From NCBI GenBank assembly GCA_907165135.1, contig OU015566.1, positions 10,540,001 through 10,604,000 of the forward strand: a stretch of DNA of 64,000 bases, read 5' to 3'. Within the stretch, counting starts at the first letter, position 1; every line of letters begins with the position of its first letter. The stretch comes from Oikopleura dioica. Its lineage: Eukaryota > Animalia > Chordata. Shown here one piece after another: positions 50,401 through 63,517 of the stretch. The notes under the pieces were generated by a model. The model was not told where the DNA came from and did no database searches. It worked only from the letters and a program-made list of their open reading frames with translations. The position numbers were made by a program, and so were the translations under genes.

Positions 50401-52259
50401 CATCGCGAAATGCAAACTCACACCTTTGCATCAAACGACTCCAGTTTTCTCGATCTAACTGCTACTTGCTAAATGAGAATCCTATGGGCCTCAGCTTCGG
50501 TTTTTTTAACCGTAACCTTTTTTTCATTTTCTTCGTAATGTTGAATCCTTCTTCAGGAGTTAGCGCCCTGCATAAGGAATGTTTAATATTAGACGACGCT
50601 CTGAAGAACCTTGCGTTATCGCACAAGCTGTTCGTCCTCAGAGGTCTGTTGGCTTCATAATCTACTGGCACTAAATCGTCCCTAAGCTCATTAAGCCAAA
50701 AACAGGTTGCCTAAATCTGAATAGCAGTTTAAATCAGTAGTTTATAAGTAGTAATTAAAGTAGATTCTGTAGAGTTTATGGCGACATTTTCTGTGCGACA
50801 AACATTAATATTCATCAGAGGACTTATCAAAAATAAAATTATATAAACAACAGTTACAGTAGTGAATTATTGATTCGCAAATTACAATATGTCAAATGGA
50901 AACAAAATGCACGATGTGCCTTTAGACTGTTTTTTTTGTTTTTGAAAAGACATTTCAGGACAGCTAATATCCTAGTTATTGAAAAGGATGTAAAAATTAA
51001 GCGAAAGATAAGCGAGTATATATTGGAAACATAAAAACGTGTGATTAGTTACTTTCTTGTAGCGCAATTATCGACACGAGTTTTAATTGAATTTTAGACA
51101 GATTATGAGCTTTTCATTATGTTTTGTTTTAGCCAAATAAAAATGACCCAGTCTTCAGCGAATCGATACCATTTTCTTCGCTTTTCATATTCAAGGAGCA
51201 TTTATATAAGCAACTCTTTCTAACTCTTTGGATTGGAGCGAGTTCTTCAGCTTAGACAAGTTTATGTAAAGTTTATCCCCTTCGAGCGCCCGAGGCGAGT
51301 GGTTTTTGTGGGAACGCGCTGAAACGAACGATTTTGGGTTCAAATAATATACAGACTTATATTGGATCTAAAATATAGAATATGCAGCGGTATATAAGGC
51401 AATTTGAGTTAGAGGCAATTTATCAGGCGACGAAAATATGCCCAAGGGATCAGTGCTGGTCTCAGACTGGAATATTGTGTTGGGACGCGAGGGAGGGTCT
51501 TAATTATGATGCTCTGCCTTAAAATAGAATATTCTCTTGGCGTAACAATCTACAATAGTTTGATGAATGACGATTTTGTTTATTAGACTTTAATTATTTT
51601 TCATTGTATTGGCAGTACAAGAGAGCGCACTATTGCTTCCATTCGAACTTTGAGAATCGTACTTCAATAAATCATCTGAAATTGAATAAAAATGGTAGGA
51701 TGACAATCAATCGAGAACGTGAATGAGTCAAGGACAGGGCACCGCTAAATTGGAGCTGTTATGCAAGGATGTTGGATTTCGCTTCCGTAATTACGCGCAG
51801 CGACCTTCTAACCGGTCGGGTCATCATCATCAACTCCGTGTCAAATTGTCACTTTGACGTTTTCTGGTTTTTCAGATTCCAAATTGATCAAACGGGTCCT
51901 TTTGGGTTTATCTTTGGTCAGTGATGAAAACTAATTTCGTAAAATAAACGCGTCCAAATCAAATTGATTTATTGTAAGAAGACCTGAAAGTTAAAGATTT
52001 GAATTTTCATAGCTGATGCTTCATAAGACCGCGCCTTAGAAAAAGAATAAGATTTTTTTCATATTATTTCGCGCTTATTAAACCTATTACGGGTCTATTA
52101 TTTTAACGCGTATTGCGCCCTGTGATAGCAAATTTCTTGCATCAATATTATGATTCTTGAAGTATCCTTGGTTTAGAAGGACTGAGCCTGGAGATGATCC
52201 CCGTGTCAAATTGTCACTTGGATTCCAGCGTTTGATTTTGGATCGAAGAGGATGGCCCT

Positions 52260-52400
52260 CAGAAGAGCGCAACGAAGAAACGCGTGCACGCGCGAACACG
52301 CATATAACGCGGCGCGTATAACGATCCAGGCGGCGCTGGCGAGTTAACTCCACGCGCGGCGAGTTAAAACTCCAACCGCGCGAGCGCCACCTCCAAGGCG
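52260..52400 (+). promoter_or_regulatory. CpG-rich putative promoter of the 52590 gene
   Basis: Abrupt CGCG-rich island with TATAAC boxes ~200-300 nt upstream of the ATG, in an AT-rich background. Function inferred only. Confidence 0.35.
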
Positions 52401-52589
52401 CTCAGCTCACTTTCTCCAAGCCCTTCTCCAGCTACTTCTCTCTACTTCACACCAACCGCATATTCTGACATTGAGCTATATTTATTAGACGCTCTCAATT
52501 TTTTTAGAAACTTGCGTTGAAGAATAACCTTTTTTTATATAAATTAACAAAACGAAACTTCCAACTCGGAAAGACAGAGATTAACCCAA

Positions 52590-55500
52590 ATGAAACAAGA
52601 AGACATGCAAGTGGTCGGCACTCCCGCCACGCAGACCGAAGAACAGAAATCATCAGTTCTCTGGGGAGTCCCTGATGACGTCCTGATTCTCTTGAAGCAG
52701 TACAACTTTGAAGGACACGATGCACCAACTTACACCGTGACTGGATCGCCAAATGGGCTCCATTTTATCGTCGTCTGGCCGACCAAGGATTCGAATCTGG
52801 GAGACAAAGTCCTTCAAGATATCATGGAGATCCACCAAATAACACAACGAGAGACTAGAGAAATTTCCACTCAGACTGACTCAGCAGGTTTTTATTCTCA
52901 AAATTATTTAATGAAAAATATTCGATTCCTATGAAATTGTAGGATAAAATATTTAGTAAAAATTCTTCACAAAATTCTTTTAGACTCTACTTATGCGTCT
53001 GGAGACTCCTGCGACGAGCTCGATGTTGACATCGAAGATGACAATCACTCGCGCTCAAAGCTTTCAATCAGCTCGGCCGATTCTGGGCACGCAGAGTCTG
53101 GGCACGCCATGCAGGTTGATCAGGAGCAAAATGAAGATGAGCCCCTCCCGCTCCCCGGCCGCCATCACTTGGAGCATCTCATCAAGAAAGGTAAAAAACG
53201 GTTGAAAAGGGAAATATAGGATTTAGCTAAATCTACAAATATGTTGACCGTAGAACCTGCTGCTTAATATCCCAACTTTAACAGCGTTCGGGTTCAATAT
53301 GTGTGCCTAAAAGGAGTTTAATTTAAGATAAAAGCGGGCTAATCCTCGCTCGGCTTATCGTAGAAAAAGGGCAGGATGCTTGTATACGCTCCTCGATTTT
53401 AAAAAACTATATATTCATCCCCCTAAATCCAGATCTGATTATACCGTCGGGATTTGTCACGCCGCGTGTGCCCAAAAAACGCGTTTTCTGACGGATTGGC
53501 CGATTTCCACGTGACTTACAGTCGAATTCGGACACGGCACCGTGCCCAACGCAACTCGCTGGGTCAAAGAGGCGAAGGCCGCCTTGCCAAATTGCCGAGC
53601 GCAAAATCACATGCCCGGGGCAATCACAGATCCGACGCATTAGCCTTTGCTTGTGGAATAGGCTTGGCGACCGGCCAAGTCTGATAGAACACGCGTAGAA
53701 TTGAATGTAATTTATAGCTTGGGTCGTTTTTCGCTGAAACGAACCCTCGGGACTCTGCATCCTCTCTTCTTCTTTGCCCAGGATACAGTAGAGTTTCATT
53801 ATTAGACGATCAGATATTCGCTACTTTGCATGCTTTAGGTGTTTAATTGTGGAAAAACGAGCATTTAAGATTGTCATCATTCAAAAAGCTATAGAATTCA
53901 CGCCAGTTTAGCCATACTTTGAGCCTTTGGATCGAAAATTGTAGCCGTAAAATATAGTATTTTGGCACGGGAAGTGAAAGCGGGTAATGCTGAGCGACAC
54001 TAGTAAGAGTCGCCCGGTTGAACGCAGTCCAACTTTGCGCCAGGCTCAAGATTTTTTAATGAGCGCCGCCTGAAAATCAGAGTCGTCGGTGCAGTCGTAA
54101 ATTTTGAAAAGACCCCCAAACGCGTAACCATCGACGGGCACGGGGCCAGCATGGGCACACTGCCAGTCAGTTTGTCCGACACCTTCAGAAAATCATGATC
54201 GACGGATTAGACCGTTACATTCTTCATAAATACGACCCAATCAGCATAAAATACCGTTGCCCTATTTTCGCGCTAGAACTAGTACAGTTAGTAGACGTCG
54301 TCTAAAAAAATCGCCACGTAGGTTCCATCAGGAGGCGTATAATGCGTTTTCACGTTCTGGCCTGTTTGATCTTTTGGAATCCCAGGTCTCCCAGCGTATT
54401 GAGCAAAAGTTTTGCTCCAGCTGCCCTTTTCCCTTTCCCCAAGCGCGGTCCAGTTGAACTTTCATTCTTCTGAATTTCGCCGCCCCAGCAGCTTCGAATC
54501 GTAGTTCTGCCTACTTCTAGTGACAATTATCATTTGAACACGTTAATGCACATTCGTAACAATGCGTTGAATATTTGTGAAATAGCTACTTGCGCTGGGT
54601 ACCAGTTATTGATTGACACCGATCAAAAACTGACAGTTAGACATTCGCGAATTTCTAGGATTGACCCGCAGATCAACAATCCTGCATGATCTGTCCACGT
54701 TTTCTCATTTTTTGATAGACTCCAAGTTCGCTCCTAAAGTATTGACCTTTACGAGGAACATATTTTTCGCTAGTCCAAGGAACTCGGCCGCCCGCAGCCG
54801 CGAATCTGTAGCGAAAGTTGAATCCAATTTGTCAAAAATCCACAAATTTGCCAGCTGATTCATAGGACAAATGTCAGTCCAAAAATGGCGGTATCGGGAT
54901 TGAACGATTGGTAAAATTTTTTGACCTACTGAAAATTTTGACCAAACGTTTGGCAAAAATCTTGACATGGGTTGTACTGAGGTTTTAGTTTATGAAAAAG
55001 GTTCGTACGATCATAATAAGATCTGTGTTTGCAGTTCACCTGAATCCTGGCAAGGAACCTTACCACCCCAAGACTTGGACTCATCTCGTTTTGCACTAAA
55101 TACACTCATCTAATTCGGGCGCGATTTGATTTTTAGCAACCACATTTAGCGGCTAACTCGATTTCGCAAAAGGCGGGACTGTACGTGCAGGATTTGATTA
55201 ATCGAGTGAGCGCAGTGTTTTTGGGGAAAATAGAAAGCGGCAGAGTACCTGGTCTTGATGCTAATTACTCCCGCTCGTGGGTTGATCCACTTTCATTGAG
55301 CTGGAGGGACGCTCAGCACGCCCTGGTTAGCCGTCCCTTATCATCGACTTTACAATGATAAGAACCCTTAGCACGCATAGAGGACAGTGGAATATGTGAG
55401 CACGTAGATCCAGATTAAGGATCGCTCTCCTGGTTCCGCTGGAACAATGTAAACTTTTTTTTATAAGGGCGTCAATAATGATGATATTCTGAATCGATAG

Positions 55501-58500
55501 ACACTTGAGGATTCAGGTGGCGGGTACCGAAGCAATTTGCCGGGTGACTAGGTTCATTTCCGAGCGATCTCGCTCAGAAGGGCCGCCACGCGCGCTAGAA
55601 TCCAAACCCACTGGATTGCGCGACGATGTTTACGCTTCCACTTGGCGGTGGCCCTTGAGCCTTTCAAATTTGGAGTTTTCTAAACTAGGCTGAGGTGCTT
55701 TGATTACGCCAGCTCCTCCACCAGGCGAGACACGAGTCGATACTTGAATTACGTCAAGAAAAAGCTCGCTGATGGATGCCGTCGAGATTAAGTCGTCTGA
55801 CATTTCCAATTTCGCACTGTTTTGTTAAGAATCCAGATCCAGTTGTCATTTACGACCAGATCTGTGGGCTCTTTCCAGCTTCATTTTCGAAGAACAATCA
55901 TCAAAGAAGTCGAAAGATACGCGTCTTTATGAAATAATTTGCCAAATTGCGCGAATAGATAATATATGGCGAATATAAAATACAAACTTTAATTCAACCC
56001 GGCTCTTCAACGAATAATTGAGCAAATTTGCTGGATTTGCTATCAGTAATTAATATGCATGTTGGCTAGTATTGTCAATATAAATAGCTGTGTATCTTGG
56101 GGTCTCGTTTTTAATAGATTTATTAACAAATCGTTTCGTTTCGTGAACGTGCGTTACAAAGGTTAACTCGTTTTGGCGTAAACAGCTCCCTGCTTCTCCA
56201 AGGACTGATCTGTTTCCAAAATACTCAACTAGGCCTCTTGAGTCGCTCGGATCCCTCAAGGAGGGATTCACTTACTGATCCCCTTCTCCCGAAATTCGTA
56301 AAATTTTCCACAAGGTTCATCCCTCTTTCACCCCGGCCGATCCATGACCTTCCGATTGTGATGAATTTTGCGGGCAACATATTGAACTTCAAATCTAATC
56401 AAAAATCATAATTAGCGGAATTCCAGCAGACACTAGGCGCCAAGTCCGCAATAAGCGTTCTTAATCACTGAAATATTCGAATACTGAGTTTTTATCGATT
56501 TTGGAAAAGAGTCTGCATTTAGCGCTCTAAATTGTGACTTCATGAACTTGTAAAACGCGTGCGCCTGGTGGCACCTTGCCAATGGGTTGAACGTAATTGG
56601 CTTGTGAAATGAATCAGATCGATCTCAAGAAGACAAATGAACATGTCACTACTCGTCTAGGCGATGGTCCAGTATTTTTCTCCCAAGTCTACGTGCATCT
56701 CTATAATCACTTCCAGCTGGCGAACACGCTCGCAATCAACCCCGGAGTCTGTTTCTTTCCAGAGCCCGAGTCATGTTTTGAACATGAACTCGTTGTTGAT
56801 TCCATCAATTTATACGTTCCCATGTCTAAAGTGGGAGAGTCTCCCGTTGCCAGCAAACCCAGTTAGCCGTTGTATATTCCCTAAAATCTAGATGAGCCCA
56901 AAGGGATCATCCATTTCTCGCCCCGAACCGACTAAGTGATTAGGCCGGCGGCCAACTCGCGTGTGCCCAAGGTTGCAAATATTGCATTTGTAAATCCAGT
57001 ATTTCTGTGCGTTGCGCAATCTCCGCTGGGTTGACTTTAGAAAGTCTCGGCAGGCGCGTCGCCAAACGGAGCCGAGTTTGGAGATTACAACACGCTAGAA
57101 TAATACACAGATCCCTATCATAGCAATCCGAAGGCGCTACGAAAATATCCAAGAGGTGTACTCGCCTTAGAAGCTCTCCAGTAACATTTTGAAAATATTT
57201 GACTTAGCGGGCACGTTGGGTTAACCAATTCTTTGGCGGTCGCATCATTACACGACTGGGGCCACTTTCTAAACGTCAAAAGTGACGCTGATAGCCGGAC
57301 GCGGCGATGGGTAGCTAAGACATCCACCGGTGTCATAACGCCACATTAGAGCATCAAAAAGTACGTTTTTACGAAGAGTACTCGAAAATTATTTAACATG
57401 CTACTGTTTTGCTCTTTTTTTTTAATTTTGGGGAATGGTGGTCCTCAATTTTAATTCACTACGTCTCAATTGTGATATCAGCAAGCTAGTATGACTTGGA
57501 CAGGCGTAAAAACAGCGTAGCACCTTCTAAATAAATCTAAAATTCACGACTTGTGAAAGCACAAAGTGCTCCAAGTACCAAGGTACGCGCCTCGCATAAA
57601 GTGGAGGAGGAGAAGTCCAAGTCATTACGCGTGGTGTAATTTGCAGCACGTGATGTAATCTTGGACTCCTTCATTATCATAATCAGACTGGGTCGAGGTT
57701 TTAACGAGACAGCTCAAATGGGTAAGGGCGAGGAGGTCATTTAGGTGATTCTCAAAGACAAATTAAGGATCCCCAACGTCGTCTAAAGAGATATTATCAT
57801 CAAAGATTCTTGTGTCGGAGCTCGAGTCTGGGGATAAATGATTTCTCGGAAACGAAAGTTGCGATTAATTAAACTTATTGTTTCTCGTAATCCCGAAAAT
57901 GGGCGTTATTCTTTTCTCAGGCCCAGTCTGAAGCTTAATGCTTCTCAAATGCTCTCGGTCATAAATTTGCTTGTGCGATAACGTGTTTTGCGATAAGGAC
58001 GTGGGAGCGTCCTGGTATCCCGCTGAGACCTTGGGTAGCGGAATTACCTGGGTACTTGAAATGTTTGACATTCCAGTAGTATCCAAAGGCTTCTAACATT
58101 ACGAGACGGGACATTCCAGCCACGATAACCCGCCAGGAATGTCCAAATATTATCCACGACGTCGACAGATAATACTTGAGACGATGACTTGTACTTAAAC
58201 TCTCGCTCACTTTTAACCCATCAGCATCTATCGAAGATAACAAAGATATTAAAAACTTCCTTCAGACATCGACGCAGTCGAATCCGACATTGAAGAAATT
58301 GACTGCGAAACGAAAAAAGCTCCAATCTCTCCTCAAGGTTTCACTCCATTCACTCCCTACGCGCCTTCTCAAATCGACCGATTCCGACAGATTTCTGCCA
58401 ACCCTGTTTCTAGCTATGCTCATCAGGTAGTTCTTATTTCCCTTATTCAAATTTTAAACCATCTTCTAGTTCCAAAACATGCACCAACAATATTCTAACC

Positions 58501-59802
58501 TCGCCATGTTGAACCACCAAGCTATGCAACGACAGCTATCCCACTCTGTAAGTCCCAAAATACAGTACCTAAGTCAGGTTTTTTTTATGTATTAACAAGA
58601 TGTTTTCTTGCCCTTTGATTAGATAAAGGGCTTTTAAAGCAGTTTTGGAGGAGTTTTAATTCATTGAATTATTCAGGCTTTAATCGCAAAATCTGCCTCC
58701 GAATTCGCCGTCGGACAGACCTCCCCTGTACACCATCCTATCGTCTCTATGGGCGAACCTAATGTGCGACAACATCTCAATGAGGTAATTAAATTGTTGT
58801 CCCGATCGGATCGACTCTTACACTCTTCGTTCAAAGATAACATCACTTGTAGCGAAACGCATTATTTTAATTTACAAAATTTATTTCCTAATAGCCCTAA
58901 TTTACAAAAATTATTTAGATCTATCGCAAATACAACATCGTTCCCAAACGTATCCAAGGAGGCACTCTCGAAGAGGTGCTCCGACCGCCACTCAAGTCGC
59001 AAGGCCACCGAACTGCTCATCAGATTCATCTCATGGTAACAATCGCATGAAAAACTCTCACGGATCATCAAGCACTCATTTCACAAAATCAATCATTCCT
59101 CATCCATCGAGCATTGCTTTAACAATTTAATTCTAGCGTCGAATGCGAGAAGTCTCGTCGAAAATGAACCTGACTGATTGTACCAACCCCAACTACGAAG
59201 ATGCCGTCTCAGTGGTAAGTAGCAAATCAAGCTTTCTTTTTCCTTGAAATCAGTAATAGAAAAGTTGGCAGAGAATTTAACGATTGCTTTTTTAGCTTTT
59301 GGACTCGTTCGAAATCACCGCTCCCTATGTCAACGCATCAGATTATCGGTAAGACTCGCAACCTTTCTACAGACCTCTAGACTTAGCTGTCTAATCATCG
59401 AGACCTTTTTGAGTAATTTTGTCGCTTAGTATTGTAGCGAATTCAATAACGAGAACTTACGATTGAAATTTAACACTTTCATTCAGCCGCAAAATGAATT
59501 TCCTGCTTCGCAAGCGAATTAACAACCGCCGGTGGTTCTTGCGAAAGAAAGCCAAGGGAGCCGCGGGAAACAACGACGAGTCAGAATCGACGCCCAACGC
59601 GCTTCCATCTCCCAACCCCGCCGCTGCTGAAATCAAGCAAGAAGCTCCAAGCACGCCAGCTGGCTTCGCTCCTCATCCAGGCCTGCCCACTTCCGCCGCC
59701 AGTCATCTCCTTAGCCACATAATGCGCCCAGTCCCAAGTCTAACCATCGGTGGCACGCCGATGATCGACTCGTCTCACAACGCGCAGATGACGGTTAAAT
59801 AA
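52590..59802 (+). CDS. Uncharacterised 471-aa nuclear protein, candidate transcription factor with a BEN-like C-terminal helical domain
   Basis: Exons 52590-52887, 52984-53190, 58266-58426, 58470-58547, 58677-58784, 58919-59035, 59137-59214, 59296-59348 and 59487-59802. All introns GT-AG, all phases match, total 1416 nt with no internal stop. Confidence 0.75.
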
Positions 59803-60108
59803 GTTAATCATCATGTTCTTCTGTATATTCTTCGCCAAAAGACACACAAACACAAAAAAACACACTTTTCTGTTCAATACACAATCTTACCTAAAGTCTT
59901 TACAAAACAAAAATTTATACTTAAAATGGAAAATCTTCGTCAAGGAAAATCTCTCTTTTCGGAACATTGCCCTGTACATAAAAATATTCTCCTGCAATTT
60001 TATTATTCGGCCTGAATAACTGTAATATTACTTTTATTTTGTTTACTGTGAGTTTTGAAAAATACATTTCCACAGTGACCTTGAATTGTATCGGACTTCA
60101 ATTTATTA

Positions 60109-61530
60109 TTATACGCATTTCTGAGCTTGCTTGTAATCGACCAAAAATGGCTCTGGATAAAGTGTAAAGTTTGGTAAGTGCCATTCAAGCTGAGTACGCG
60201 CGATACCGGCGGCATCTTGGAACGTCCACATTTCCACGTCAATTCCAACATCTGTAGCGTTTCTCCCGCCAATGTGAAGAATTATGTATCCATCCACTAA
60301 GACCGATCTATGTTGTCCCCGCTTAGTGAGCAAGCTTGGTCCCTTAATCCACGTGCTTCCGCCATCTATAAAAAATTTTATCGGAATACAGGAGATAGTC
60401 TTCCAGTGTGTATTTCACAATTCAGTTTGTTTACCTTGAGTAAGAAATGTACTGTCAATAGCATTTGTCGCTCCCCATCCGCCAAAGACATAAATAGCTC
60501 CAGAGTTACCGCCTATCACAACGGCTGAGTGGTTATCAACGACAATCGGAAACTCTCCAATCGTATTCCATGAGCTTCCGTCAAAGGCCTCGACGCTTTT
60601 TCCGGTAAAATCTTGATCGTCTCCAGCGATGATGATTCCAAAATGTTGAAAAGTGACCATGGCCGCGTAATTATGCTCTTGATTTGTGCTTTCTTGGTAT
60701 AACAAGGTCAGACATCTTTCTCAAATGTTGATTCTCTCAATAATAGACAGGGTTTATGTTTATATTCATCTGTTATAAGTTCCTTTGAATGGCTGTTATG
60801 TTGTCATTGCCCTGAAACATGAAACACAGCTGCGGCTCTACAACTGAGCCACACATAATAACTCCAGCATCAACAGCAGAGCACGAATGTCCTATCATGT
60901 CGTGTGGCAACTTTGATCATGCGCTCAATTTTGATGCTGCTATGTTGGTATGTATCATTTAATGAAACGAGGTGGAAAGGATATCAAAGCGATAATATCG
61001 TAAATTATCCATGAAAAATTGAGAGCCCAACCTGTGTACTTTGAAACAATTACAATTAAAATCAAGTTGATGGTAAATAATGGACAAGATGATATTCTTT
61101 TGTTCGAAAATAAAATTCATCATTTCTATCAATCAAGGAGTATAAAGAAGAATCTTATAAGGGTTCAAATAAACTACTAAGAATGTAAAAGTCTTCCTGA
61201 GAGTTTGAAGCTCACATCCAACAAGCTAAAGTGTAAGTTTAGCAAACCCACTTTATTATTATAGAGAAATGACGGTTACCTCGCCGATGGACTTGGGATT
61301 TTCATATTGAATGAATGGATTTACATCATCACCGCCGAAGAGCAACATGCGTCCGTTATACACAGCCGAGCAGCCCTTGTAAACTTGGTGTTTCTGTTTG
61401 TAGTCGAAACCAGTTAGCTTTTCTTAAAACAATGCAATTCTCTCTTAAGAAAAAGTTCCTTTTGAAAATTTCTCTGGGACACTACTTACGAACGTTTCCA
61501 AAGCCTGGTAAGCCAAGGTTGATTGCGTAA
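60109..61530 (-). CDS. Kelch-repeat (beta-propeller) protein; 5' end not resolved
   Basis: CSAVYNGRMLLFGG, VEAFDGSSWNTIG, HSAVVIGGNSGAIYVFGGW and ILHIGG repeats in short GT-AG exons. Confidence 0.75.
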
Positions 61531-63145
61531 GCAGGATTTGAGAAATTGCTCTTTTTTCAGTTCATTTTTATGATTGTCTATTGAATATTTAGGACGATTT
61601 GAGTATAAAATTTTAGACACTGGTGTGATTGACGAGATTACAAAGATAATGCCGATTTAAAAACTGTCGCCTGATTGAGGATTATTAGGGACTCGTTGAA
61701 TTGAGCAAGGCATATCGGAATTACAAATAAAAAAATTATCATGATCTACTTTCTCTCAAAAATTGCCACGGTCTATTATCCCCTCGAAAGACCCACATAT
61801 GAATTTTTTCCCACGAAAAACAGATCTCCAGTGGCTCCAAAAAGAGTAAATCGAGCCGTGTGAATTGAAAAATCATCATTTGGGCCAGCTCAGAGGTTTC
61901 GTGAAGCGCTCATTAGAGACGTTGAATTAGCAGGTGGCTAATTAGGAGCCACAATTAGCAAACCTCTTCCCGTTCCCCACTTCCGGTCTTCTAAACTTAT
62001 TTCTTGGAAAATGGTGTAATTTCCTAAACTGGCTCGTGCTGGGTCTAAAATTTGGAAAGCCATTTATTTGATATTATTTGCCCAAAAGCATGGTTCTGTG
62101 GAAATAAAAGGGGTTTTTTAAGGGCAGCCGCAAACCCTTATTCCTCCTTTAAAATCTGTTTCGGCCAAAACAAACCCATGGTACAGATGAATACTCTGAG
62201 CAACATTAATTTTCCCCCCTTCTTTGTTACATTCCGGGGAAGGGTTTTGCGGTACAAAAACAAGCGGCGGTCTGTTTTGCCCGTCAATACTCACTTTCCA
62301 AACTTGGCTGAAAACTGTGTTTTGGCCGTAAACGAGCGGAGCCAGAATTCGTCGCGATAAGCTCCTACACGTTGCGTGCTCAACCAAAAATACGACAGCC
62401 CTAAACACCTATATTATTACTATTGATTCACACGTTTCCAGCATTTCTGCTGTTTTGGGCAAACGATTTTCCGAACGAGAACCGAGTAATAGAGCTAATC
62501 TAGTTTCATCGAGAGTTTCAACCGATAACAGCTACTTCAGATGTCGTTCTTTAGAATTTAAGACACTGTAAAATGATTGAATTGAAATCAACGAGGCACT
62601 CCTTATATGGGTTCTCGATAAGAAAGACAGACGACGCAAGAACGTCAGTATACCGATACCGCTAAATAGGGGTCGATGTGGTGCATCATAAAAAAGCTGT
62701 TTCGCTCATCTTTGATTGTGGCTTAATCCATTCTAGGGCTGCTTATCTCCGGCACTGGGGAGCGCTTTATCGCGCTATTGTGGCGTTGATAAGGCTCCAT
62801 CCAACGTGTGCAAAACTGCCTCGCTTCAAAAGCGAAATCAGAAAGTCACAACACACTCTAGCCATAATCAGCGAACGGTGAAGGACAACTCTAACTAGTC
62901 CTTATCAGTTCTGAAGTATCGTTATCTTACTCCCTGGGAGGGAGCATAACAGAACGCGTTAGCTGAATATTGTTAACTACCCAATTAATTATCCTGATTC
63001 AGAATAAATGAATCAAGAAAAAAATGCATAGATGAAATAGGTACTCGTATCTCAGCCTGTCTGGAAAAGAAGAAAAGAAGAAGTTAGAACTTTCCACGTT
63101 ATAATATCTTGATAGCAGTAGATTCATTGAGATACAAAGGAAGAA

Positions 63146-63322
63146 ATGCTATTGATGATACTAGGCATCTTCAGCCTGCCAGCAACTAATTGTCCGCGTC
63201 ACTTTTGTTTTTCATTCACAATCGTTTGCTTTGTTGATATCAAGGAAGACTCACATACTGGCAAATTAAGGTATTCTTCGAAGTTCTTCGATGATGCTTT
63301 CGAGTTCCAAAGATTTTTATGA
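63146..63322 (+). CDS. Possible 58-aa peptide with signal-like N-terminus
   Basis: MLLMILGIFSLPATNCPRHFCF...; below the ORF-track size cut-off. Could be chance. Confidence 0.2.
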   Translation: MLLMILGIFSLPATNCPRHFCFSFTIVCFVDIKEDSHTGKLRYSSKFFDDAFEFQRFL

Positions 63323-63517
63323 ACAAGATAAAAAGGATTGAAATTTCGAAATAAATTCGATACTTCGGTAATCGAGACGCGTAAATCCATTTTGAAAAGT
63401 AAAACTATAATTATCCTCGTCACCGTAATCGATCAGGCCCTTGGGCGCTTTCTATTGCTGACCAATTCACGCGTTATTCATAAGTAGCATGCCATACGGT
63501 GAGAGACGCAAGAGAAA

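Noticed and set aside
47500-50700. Scattered minus-strand exon-like ORFs (47566, 48225, 49239, 50231, 50462)
   Set aside because: No recognisable motifs and no convincing splice chain; could be a diverged gene or decayed TE.
54000-58243. Short ORFs inside the 5-kb intron (e.g. 54705-54968, 56597-56866) as nested genes
   Set aside because: No motifs, and the lengths are compatible with chance.
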